Part shown: piece by piece, positions 1 through 11,500 of the stretch
Layout: every line of letters begins with the position of its first letter
Numbering within the stretch: the stretch's first letter is position 1
Assembly: GCA_000934665.2 (NCBI GenBank)
Contig: JYFJ02001342.1
Location: forward strand, 1 to 64,000
Source of the DNA: Catajapyx aquilonaris
Lineage: Eukaryota
DNA length: 64,000 nucleotides
Direction of reading: 5' to 3'
Program-made: the position numbers and the translations under genes
The notes under the pieces: model-generated
Databases searched by the model: none
Told to the model about the DNA's origin: nothing
The model's input: only the letters and a program-made list of their open reading frames with translations

Positions 1-3000
1 AAGGCCTCTTTGACTAGTTACACCAGAAAATTCTATTTAAAAGTCAGAAGGAGCGATTAGGCAAAAATCGCTAAAGAGTGTATCTCCGTAATGCGGCGGC
101 CAAACATAATGACTCCTATACTTAAATCGATCCTCTGGTGGCTAGGAAGGCAGTCATATACGTCGGGGCACTGAGTTCAGATACACCCTGTATATCAAAA
201 AGTCAGTAGTAAGTTGGTAGTAAAATATGTTTTAGTAGTGGCAGCTGAAGCTGCCACTAGCAGTTATGCGAAGCGAGATATTTATTTCAGTTTTACAGTA
301 AGTTACTGTATCGGTATATTGAATTGGTGGCAGAGCATTGGTAACTCCTGGAATTACCTGTCATTTTCTCTCGCGTCAGTATGACCAAACATCCAACAAT
401 GGAATTCCTCTCACTTTTAAAACACAATTATGGGATTCCACTTTCGCCGTGTAGTTTCTGTAATCAGGCAGAAAAATTGACAATTATCACAATAGATCAC
501 GTGACCCGTCTACATTAAATGATCCTCTCCATATAGCCCGGGAAAGCAATCATACAGGTTTGTCGGAAAGGTTTTTAAAACACCCTGTAGAATCACAGTC
601 AGATTTGGCATGAAAGCAAAAGTGTGCTAGGGCCTACAAAAATCGACCGCAAGGTTGTCAGGGAAAAGAGGAGCTATTGCACACTTGGGATGCGACTTTT
701 TAATACTCCGTGACTGAAGCCATATCACACGTCATAAGCAATAAAAGTAAAGCACGAGCTCTGATGGCTAATTGCTCAAGTATGAGCAGGGTAATTTCTC
801 GGTTTCAGCGTTTCATTTCTTCCTGAGTAATATCCTGAAAGATTCAAAAATATGCTGTTTGGAGGAAAATTCAGAATTTCCCTTCAGCGTAAGTCACAGC
901 CTCTCATGTCAACCTTGACCCGTCGCATACTCCATAAATTCGATGATATTGAAGAATTTGCTAACTTACGAGAACATTATGACCATTGTATTATACCAGA
1001 AGGAGCAAACAATGTGAAAATATTTTTCCTGCGCAGTTTTATGCTGTAAACATACAGTAGCCTACGATAATACTATCATTCCGTGGTGCAGAATATACTA
1101 TACAGTAGATTCTGCAGCCTCAGGATGTGAACTGCCAATCTCAGGCTTCGCTGTCGCCTAAATCAATAACAAATCCACATCATATCGCAGTATTCCACGG
1201 GTATATTTCATGTTAACCACACGACTGGTGATTCCCTTTTCCCACATAAGTCTTCCTATATCGTGTTCCACTTCTGTTCGCAGAATAGTGATGGATTTCT
1301 CAAGCATCTGCGAACGCCCACTGTGAGAATTAATGACACTCCAACGTAACTGGCAAAAAATTGAGATTTATTGCCCTTACACGTGCCTGAAAGTCAATAT
1401 ATACCTTTGTCACTTATCGAGTTTTTCCAACCAGGGTCACTGTCAACTCTAGAAAAAATTGAAGTCAAGTGCAAGTACTACAAGTGAAGCACTCTCGTTT
1501 AGCTATTCTATGCGAGGTAACTAACAGATGAATGACTAGAGCACATTACTTGATGAAAGTGTGTGTCTCTTACAGTTGGGGTACACACTTAATTTAATTA
1601 AATCGATACATGTTGTACGACCTTTGATTGTCAGTCGTTCGATTTCCGGCAAAACACGTGCAAATAAAACAGTGTGATTAGGTATGGGATTAGATTCATT
1701 TTCAAGCACTGAAATGAGGAAGCATATCAAAAGAGGAAATATTGCCCAGATATTAGCATCAAAGATTCTAGAAGTCTCTGGAGAGAAATAAACTTTGCGC
1801 AACTTGATAGGAAGTTATAAATTCGCATGATTTACTGCTCGTATATATCGACAAAAAGGGTTGGAATTGCGTTTTACAAGTACCTCTCATAGAGATTTAT
1901 GAGTGCATTCCAAAGTTTGCCTTTAGCAGGTGATTCAGTGGCAGAGGACCTCATTCATTATGTACAGTACAAGATCGGTGTCAAGGTCCTGTTTCTCTGG
2001 GAGAATGACACCAATGACATGTTTTCGACTCGAAATTAAAAAATTGCAGGCCTGAGTAATGTCACTCTTCTCAATAACGTAAAATATATGAGAATGTACG
2101 TAAGGTCAATAATAATTGTGATTTTATTTTCATGCCCTATGTGAAAAATGCACACATAATCTAATTCTTAATTGAACCTAACATCAGAAACGTACACCCT
2201 GAATTACCCGCAAGAAGTGCGTGTAACGTTGCCATACACAGCGTGCCTGACCGACAAGCTAACTCAAATGCGGTAACCAACCAGTTTCAATTAGTAAAAG
2301 TAACTGAACCTGCTCTTAAAATGTGGCATGTCAATAACCAACTTTAAAAAAAACTGCGATGAATTCCATCACAATAAACACGGATAACAAAAGTCACTCA
2401 ACAAATCAATGCAGTTTCGCAATGATCGCATCACACTATGGTCGCGATAAGCCATAATTCCGAAAGAGAAGAAAAATATGTAATGTGGGCCAATACAGAC
2501 CTGTTGGAGGGCAGGCGTCTGGTGCGTCTATCGCAATGTTGACGTGCGCTATCGGATCCCCTTTTGATGATACAGCCCCGCCCCACCGCCCTCTCTTTTC
2601 CTTTACCTCTCCTAGCCTTCACCCGTCACCCTGCCCTCTGCCTTGGGTATATTGCAAATAGGCGCTAATTACTTTCAAGTAACTTAAACCTCATTACCAG
2701 TATGGGGATGAATTTACGCACTGATTCGGTGTCTCCTGCACATCATCTGCAAAATTGCATGACGTCGTTTGCTCCCAAGCTCTGGAAAAGCCGTGCGAGT
2801 ATGCTATACTGTATGTGCTGAAACTAGTGCCACCATGCACAGAACAACAGAATACGTCGCAAGCAATCAACAGGTGAGTGAGTGGCTGGAGAAATTCTGT
2901 GAATGAACAGTCCACCCGATGCATTGCTGAAGTAGGTGCCGGCACTGCTGTGCATGTGTTTAAGGTTAATAAACGCCACGTGATTTTCAGTGACGAATAA

Positions 3001-6000
3001 AATATCGTCAAATACGATCCCCGGAGAAGGCCTTTAGTCCTGCATATTCAAAATTAGATAGAAAAATTACTGAGCAGTGCTCATCTCTTAGAAGGCTTGA
3101 AGATGCTGGGTTGATTTTCTTGAAGGACGTAGACCAAATAACCGTCGGCCGTTATTTCCCAAACACTCCATAAAATTTATTCAAACTAAAATCGTACAAA
3201 TCAATAAAAAAAATTGGGCCATCAATGCTGCCAACTTTTCAATCAAATTCAAAAGATTTGAACAATAATTTACACAGGCATAGAAACAGTTTCTGAAAAG
3301 ATAACAAGGATTTCTGCTGCCAGACACGAACAAGTCGTCGTAATTGATGAAACGAGTAATCAAGAAAACCAAGTCGAGCCAGAAGGAGGCTGCAGCCTCG
3401 GACAACTGTCTCCTGGGATTATCAAGAACTCACAAGTTGATTTCCTCCTATAGCCATGCCGTCAACGACGCCTATTAGTCCACCTTTTTGGCAAAGGTCT
3501 ACGGCAAAAAGTTAAGTCAGCAGCCTAAGCCTTCCAAAACAAGGACAGGATCGTTAGGAACAAAAAATAATAATTTCTACTGTAGTGTGTTACCGGACAT
3601 TAGGTTTACAGTGTGTTCCAGTTGGAATTTTAGCTTTAGTTAGCGATTGTTTCTAAGCCGCTTATTCTTCGGCAATTACCATTCAGTCGTTACTTTTAAT
3701 GGTAATCAGCAGTATTAGCTGCATTATCCCGAATTGAAACCGGAGAGAACAATGCATCAGTATTGTAATACATATTATTCCGGATACATCCAGAATATTC
3801 TAGACATGACTGTAGAGAAGTAGTTCCTATGTCAATCTCATGCTTTCTCTACTCTCGCTTCCTGTACAGCCTGTCCTAATATCTGACAATTTTCAAATGG
3901 GAAAAACCGAGTATATATCCTGGCCAAATCTCAGGGAAGGCGGCCAAAAGAAGCTGTCACATGGCGCTTTCATAACAACAATCGATCGATGAGACACGAT
4001 TCTTGATATAGGCCTACCTTTATGGAAACGGAAACCATCTAACACAATATCCTTGCCCAATAAAGCACACTTATAAATGAACCGTGGCTTAAAACATTTT
4101 AAAATTACGTTTTACACTTTAAAAATAATCATCCATTGTGCATGTTTCCGTTACGTGCTACAGAAATCCATCGAAAATCTTGCGTCCGGGCCAAACTACG
4201 TCCTCGTAAATCTCGTTACAGAAAAATTTCCGCTCTACGTATCTACGGTACTTGTAGCATGTAGCATCTGTGTAAAAAAAGATTTGACTGTGTCATAACC
4301 GACGTCAAACATACGACCAAGATTAGCTCTTATTGATATGACATTCAAGGGTATGATTGTAAAAAGTTGATACGTGTAATAACGTCTCGTCGGCCCTCCG
4401 TATCCGCGGGTATTGGTTCCGCGACCGGTAGTGATTATAATGGACGTCATTAAATTCCAGTGCTTCATGCATGTTCCCTGTAAGGCTGTATGTATTTAAA
4501 GCGAGAAGAAGATAGCAACAGCATTCAACTTATGTCGACTTTCATTAACAACTTGCAGCATAGGTCGGGCCTTAGGAGTAGAATTTGCACGCACCTAATC
4601 ATGGTAACTTCTTTTCTTCCATTCTTCTTTACATTTCTTCCACACGCCTGTTCTCTTCTGCTGCAATACCCTAAGTTCATCTGCCTTGCAAATGGGGTAT
4701 AAAGGTCCGTTATCTGGATTTCATTCCAGACGCTCTCTGCAATAATCATCAGTTCCTCACCTCTCCCAGCTCCCTGCAGCCCATACCGTGCATAAAACGC
4801 ACCAAATATTAAGTCCGGTCCCATCCAAGGTATTCCCGTCATCCCATGCAGTAATTAATAAAGGGCAATTATCCCTATATTTTGACTCATGATTGTCATT
4901 TCTGAATTTTGCTACAACTGACTGAAATTTATACACATCTCCAGATCAGTGTCGACCAGGATAGAATGCCAAATAAGGACAGCTCTATGTAAAGGGCATG
5001 CCTGTCCGAGTGCCGGATTTTCGTTTATCCGAACAGTTCGGATTATCGGGACTCTTACATACGGCCTGACATGTAAAGGTGTCATTTACTACAACAATAC
5101 TTGATGGGAATCATGGTTCTTGTCCGGTCATCACGCGACTGGTTTCAACGAAGTTATCACATGTTGCCATGAAACCCGGCACGTACAGTCCGCGCCATCT
5201 CCGCTCGTCTTCTGTGGGCCGTCCCCCCCGTGTGGGCCGTGTCTACAGGACGTCTGGGCAGAGTTGGTCGATCGGAGGCCGCCGCACGATACCATCGACG
5301 CCCTACAGACTTTCCGCATGAAAACTAAAGAGGTCACCGAAATGACATGCTGTAAAATTTTAAGCGTGTGTCACCACAGCACCCACCTGTCCCTCTGACA
5401 CACTCGCACAGGTGAGTCGGACGATATGACGGGCGATGTTGTTGTCACCTGGCGATCAGCAATGGCGACCATGTAGGTGACATAGACACTTTGTCAGCAG
5501 CAGAGGAGACTCTCACACCGTCGGTGCTGTGCCTGCCTCCCACCATCTTCAGACAGGGTAGGGTCGAGGGTCGTGGAGGGCCGTCCGTCGACACCTCCAG
5601 AGGCACGAGCACCTTTTCTACTTTTGTTCAGGTCAGTCAACCTTATTAGCACCTGTGCCTGTGATGTGTCTGGGTGCTGTACATGGGGCAACTTGTTGGA
5701 TTGAGAGGTGTCACAGGGTGCGGCAGAAGCATGCTGTAGGGGCCAGACACGTCAGCCGTAACACTTTCTTTTGGCTTGGAGGCAACCTGAAAAGAGCGTC
5801 GGGTTGGTTTGGTGCTGTCTCGCAACCATAATTTTCTGTTGGAATTATTATGCTCCAATTTTACGTCATGTATGAAATTCGCTGGGACTGCTTAGGGAGG
5901 GGGCTGAGACTGGTCGTCATTAGGTGTAGTCACACTAGAGATGGAGAGATGCGCTCATGATGCAGATTGTCGCCACGACTTTGGATCACTTCCCACTAAG

Positions 6001-6387
6001 GCCTAATCTAGCCTACATTTCATCATGAACAAGGCTGAAGCACCTCTGCTTCGCTAGTGTATGTACATGCACCCAATGAATAAAGCGAGTCATTTTATCT
6101 CTAGTTTCACAAGTGTGGACAATCATAAACAGCCTTTGTAATGTAGATGTACCAGCTTGGGATTTTAAAAAAGCACAGTATTTTGAAATGACACTAATTG
6201 CGAGACTTCTGAGGCATTGATGATACTGAAAAATGTACCTTGTGAGAAAGTGAGAGAAAACTAAAGTTGCATGTTACAGGTGCCTCTCTTTTATCCATGA
6301 GGAGTGACATTGCCAGAACATTAATTTAAATTGCTCCTTGTGATTGGGTGAAAGAATGAAAATGTTAGTTATGTCGGCAGCTGTTAA

Positions 6388-7168
6388 CCCTTTCGGCCCC
6401 AGCCACCTAGAATCTCGGTGATGAGAACTCGACCGCACAGTACCAGCTATACACACCATCGCCTAGTTTTCCAGTTAGCTGTGCACTGAAGATAAGAACA
6501 TGATATTTTACACATAATAACAGTTATACTTACCTGTCCGTTCGAAACATTATGAATGTGTTGAAAACAATCCTCCTCTCATAGAAGTCCCTAAATTAAT
6601 TTCCAAAATATGGCTGTAAAAACTCGAAATTCGAGTACTGCCAGCCAACTGTTAGGTTGATATAATTATGAAATTCGTTAAAATATACAGAATAACAATC
6701 TTGAGAAGCGTCCCAGATGAATTTGGTGAAATTGTCGTACTTTTCGAGAAATAAGTAAATTTGGGAGTTATCCGAAGTGACAGGCAAGTCTCAGAAAAGT
6801 ATTCATTTATTTCTCGGAAAGTACAACGATTTCAACAGTCTTCTGGGATAATTCTCAAGATTCTTATTCTGCATATTTTAACGTATTTCATAATTAAATC
6901 AGCCTAACAGTTGGCCGGTAGTACTAGGATTTTAATATTTTATCTGTTTGGAAATTAATTTACGGACTTCTATGCGAGTAAAATTGTTTCCAACATATGC
7001 ATTGTGTACAGCATGAATGTAAAAGTATAGCTGTTATAATTTGTAAAATATCTTGTCCTTATTTGCAAGTGGAATGGAAGTGAAAAGATTCTAGGTGATG
7101 GAGGTATAGCTGGTAACTGGCGGTCGAGTTCTCATCACCTAGATTCTAGGTGGCTGGGGTCGAAGGGG
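6388..7168. mobile_element. piggyBac-like fold-back MITE (781 bp)
   Basis: Flanked by TTAA at 6384-6387 and 7169-7172, with CCC...GGG termini. The arms are recognisably reverse-complementary along almost the whole length (centre near 6775). No transposase ORF. Confidence 0.85.
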
Positions 7169-8225
7169 TTAAAAGTTGTCTGGCTAGTGTAGATTTAAAT
7201 GAAAAGCAGCCTGCCATGACCAGATCCTAGCCTTTGTAGCTCTGAATTGCTAAAATTAGTAACATGTTTCAGTGTCACTGTTGATCGGCAGCTGCATCCT
7301 TGACCCGCAATTAGGATCAGCGTTGCACACTATACTATATGTAAAAGCTCAATTTGTAGGTCACCTCTAAATAGAGGATGATAAACCCTGTTATACCCAA
7401 TCAGATAACTGCAAATGGGGTTGATCTGGTATGACAATATTTTGCACATATTTTTTCTGTTCATCTTTTCATTCTTGAAGAGTCACATTTGATGTCTATG
7501 AACGATGATTCAAGACATTAAATTGTGTTGGGAATGCATTATAAGCTGTACATTTGTATTAATTTTTATACATTGTAGCAGTAATTTTGCATTCGGCTCT
7601 CAAATTATGAAGAATATAAAGTGTCTGCAGTTTACCTGAAAAACCGCTGCATACATTATTTTGTCTGATCTGAAACATGTGAAAATATAATACATTACTT
7701 TCAGAAGACGTATAAATGTCTATTATTTTTGGGAGATCAGTGTTTCCAAGCAGAGTTTTGGCAAGGTATTTGGAATGTGAATTACATTATACACACATAC
7801 TGTATACTGCATGCTGTATTGCACATAATTATGAGAAATGATTCAGCTGCTTTGATACCTTAGCCTATTCTAAGAAAATAATAGTGACCCAAGATTTGGG
7901 TATTTGGTCAACGACACCCCAATTTTTGGAATATGCCAAGGATGATGATGATCATCATCAGAAGTAGTATGGACTTATGGTTTATAAATATTATAATAAT
8001 TGTGACACTATGTTCACAGCTGTTTAATGCAAATCCTGAGCCATGAGCAGTATGCCACACATCCACATTCACATTGGTGCAAAAGCCCCGATTTTTTAGA
8101 TAATATTGTAAGGGTCATAGAGTAACAATTTACTGATGTGACTGTTACAGTTTTCTCATTTTAGGTACCTCCTGTACGCCATGACCTAATCCATACCTTC
8201 CTGGTGATATCTTACCTCTAAAACA

Positions 8226-8582
8226 ATGTCAGACTTAATTGAGCATCCATTGATGGGCTCCTGGGATGAGAGTTGCCCAAGCAGTTCAGCTGGTCCAAGC
8301 AGTAGCAGTGTTGCATCCACTTCTGCTGCATCCACATCCGCTGCATCCACATCTGCAGGTGCATCATGCAGCTCAGGTACCACGCCTCGCCGGAGAAAGA
8401 GGGACCCTCCTCCATCACTGCCCCCGCTGCCTCCTCTAGCTCCTGTCATAACTACAGCGCGGTATGGAAGGAATAACAACAGCAGCCTGAGGAGAGCGGA
8501 AAGGCCATTGGATAAATACTGTCATGTAGCAGTGCCCCACTATGTTGACCTTCTTGACCATCATCGGGGAAACATTGAAAAG
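8226..8582 (+). CDS. STX17: STX17 coding exon 1 (Ser/Ala/Pro-rich extension plus start of N-terminal helical domain)
   Basis: Acceptor ttttctcattttag ends at 8164, ATG at 8226, donor AAG|gtaagg after 8582. Confidence 0.85.
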
Positions 8583-11500
8583 GTAAGGACTCACAAATGA
8601 TGGTTTAATGCGATGCTTGGGGTTTTAATAATCTGGTTTCGTTGTCCTCCTTTGAGTTGTAGGTGCCACAAAAATGAGCTGGTGGTGATACAAAAATGTA
8701 AGGTAAAAAAAGTGATAAAGAGTGTAAAGTTTTGGGTAGATGCGACGCATGCGGTTCATCCATGAGACATGTGTACCGAATATGGTAATAAGTAGAATAT
8801 TGTTGTCTATGAGTCCAACATGAAATATGTGCCAATTCAACAAGGACTCAGTATGCCTTTTATTTGAAATTCTTAAAGTGTGTGCTTGGGTAACCTGAGT
8901 AAGCATGATACCTGAAGTGGCATTATCTATAATATTAAAATCGTAGTGCTCGTAAGTTTTAAAACTATAAGTCAATAACTACATGAACATGAGAATTACC
9001 ACTGATGGGAGCATTCATTCTGTAAAGTGATACTTCAGGTATGCTTATTCCAGATGCATCTTTTCCACCTTCCCTTGTACTGTAGGTCAGCAACATAACT
9101 CTCTCCTAACATAGGCTTGTGTGTATGTAAAATTGGCCTTGGTCTCAAGTTGTTACATGTATATATTTTTAAAATGACCAATGAAGCCATGTATTCCGAT
9201 AAAAATGGGTGCAGTTGAAATGACCTATCTCTTGGCCCCTTGTTGAATTGGATGATTCAGCTGCATTACTCTAATGAATGTATCTCTTGTCGAACAGTAG
9301 ATTACTAAGCATGTGCCTTGAAACTAATTGGAAAAAGGTCATGTGACTTTAGCCCTTCTTTCCAATAAGATCTCCCAGGACAATTCTCTCCCATTCACCA
9401 AAATGTGGGCTTGGGTGAAACTCAGTCTTAGCTCTTCTTTCCATGGTACACTGGAAAAGAAGCCCAAACCTGTAGACTTGGGATCCATTATCCAACTTTC
9501 TTATGCATACAATTGAGCAAGTTGGGTTCACTATTTGCACAGTACCGGCAGAGTGGAGAGTGGGACCGGGCGCAAAGAGAGCAACTGAATGCTGCCCGAT
9601 TGGCCCAGCAGTTGAGAGGAGTGACTCAAGAGATGGAAGCCATCCGCAGCACTTTGGATCCATGTGATGTTAAGGAATTTGATTTCCGGATGCAGCCTGC
9701 TAGGCATCATGCCATGCAGGCAATAGAACTGTTCATAGGTAGGTTGATTTGCATGTACATTAAAATATGATTGATTATTATGTTACTTCTCTGCCAATTT
9801 CTGTTTTTTGCTGTGAATACTAATATAGATAGTTGTACTATGTTCCAAGAAAAGTCACCAATGCCTGTCTAGATTCCCTTGCAAGGGGGGTATCTCTAAC
9901 ATTTCTCAGATGACAATAATTAATTAAACTAAAAGGGTAACTGAATTGTAACTAGCTCACCTATTACTTTCCATTTGGCAGATTCAAATGAGTATGGATT
10001 AGTGATGATCCCCCGGCCAGCCTCTCCTGAAGACTGGTCGCTGCACTCCCCAACTGTACCTCCTTCCCCCTCTACTACATCTGTGATCTCTGCCTCTGTC
10101 TCGGCATCTGCATCTGCATCTGCATTCACATCAGCCACGGCCTCCACCTCCAATGCCACCAACAGCAGTCGCCCATTGCTGAGCCTAAAGGAGGGATCCA
10201 AAGAAAAAAGTGATAGTGGCAGGGAAAGCAGTGGGGCAGGATCAGTTCTTGGGCCTGAACTAGTTAGGCAACAGGAAGAAGAATGCAAGTATGTATACCA
10301 TACACAAGTAGTGCATATAAGTGGTAAACATAACATGCTCTATGCTATGGCATTGCTTCCCAATCTTTTTTGTTGGCGACCCCAGAAAATCGTCTCATAA
10401 AATTCGTGAGCCCTCATTTTCAATTCCCCCCTCCCTCTTTCCGTCATTTGAATGAGAAACACTTGTTTTAGATTAGTGTCAGAGAAAATCGTGCCATGGA
10501 TGGTCATATTGATTGATTGGCCATTTTATGGCACAACATCAGAAGTGGCCAGACTGTGCCAGAAACAGTTATATTGTGCAGGCGATGTTATCGTTGACTC
10601 ATTTGACTACTTAACACATACCACAAGTGCCATGTCTGGCTTGCCTGAAATGTACCGGTCAAGCATTATTTACATGGCTAAAGGACTAGTGAGCAGCAAG
10701 GGAATACTGTTGCACATATTATTACTTGGGTCTACTCTAAGAACAAGGGTGTCATGACTGTCAGTACAGTGGTGGAAATTAATGGATATCCATAAATATG
10801 CCCATCTGGCAGAGTTTTCCCTCTACAAGTCTACATGAAGCTGCTTCATGTAGAGCAGTGGTTCCCAAACTTAATTTGGTTGCGGCCCACATCAAATGGG
10901 GAAAATATCTCGCAGCCCACCTAATGAGCCACTTACACCTGGTCACCTCCCTTATTGAGAGCTGCAAAGAGTGCATGAGTATGCTTTCTGTGTTAAGAAC
11001 TAAGCGGTGTGCAGGATTTTTTTTTCTTTTTTTACGTACTGTGCTCTTGCTCCTCATTTCGCAAGATCATTTTACAGTGTACAAAAAAATTTAAAGCTCG
11101 CGGGCCACCAGCGGCCCACAGTTTGGGAACCACCGATGTAGAGGGAAAACTCCGCCAGATGGCCAACCTTGTGGATATTCATTAATTTCCACCACTGTAC
11201 CATGATACTCTCCGATTCGCATAAGTCTGAACCTTTTCGGGTATACATATGCCAGAGGGGGTGAGCCGCTGCAAAATTAGTCCCCGGTATCTATGGCTTT
11301 CTGACAGAAACAGTGCTGGTACATGTAATTCGAATGCCTAATTATCATGGGCAGCCCATGCAGTAGCTGCAGCACTACACAAACTGCAGATTTTGTTGTG
11401 AGAAGCGGTAGGGCCCGGCATGGTGGGCACTACTTTTGGTGTAAGGATATCCAAAAAAAGGTCCACACTTATGTGATTCAGAGAGCACATAGGACCCAAA

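Noticed and set aside
1..5400. Short ORFs and exon-like segments (e.g. 1930-2040, 3277-3453, 4525-4842, 5079-5398)
   Set aside because: No recognisable protein similarity, and I could not build a consistent spliced frame. Some are probably decayed repeats or STX17 5' non-coding exons.
5494..5733. Minus-strand frame ending ...ESLLCC*, resembling a Rab-type prenylation tail
   Set aside because: No GTPase exons or other supporting upstream exons were found.
8186..10336. Minus-strand ORFs 8186-8479 and 9929-10336 with DA/DV repeats
   Set aside because: They are antisense to the low-complexity STX17 exons.
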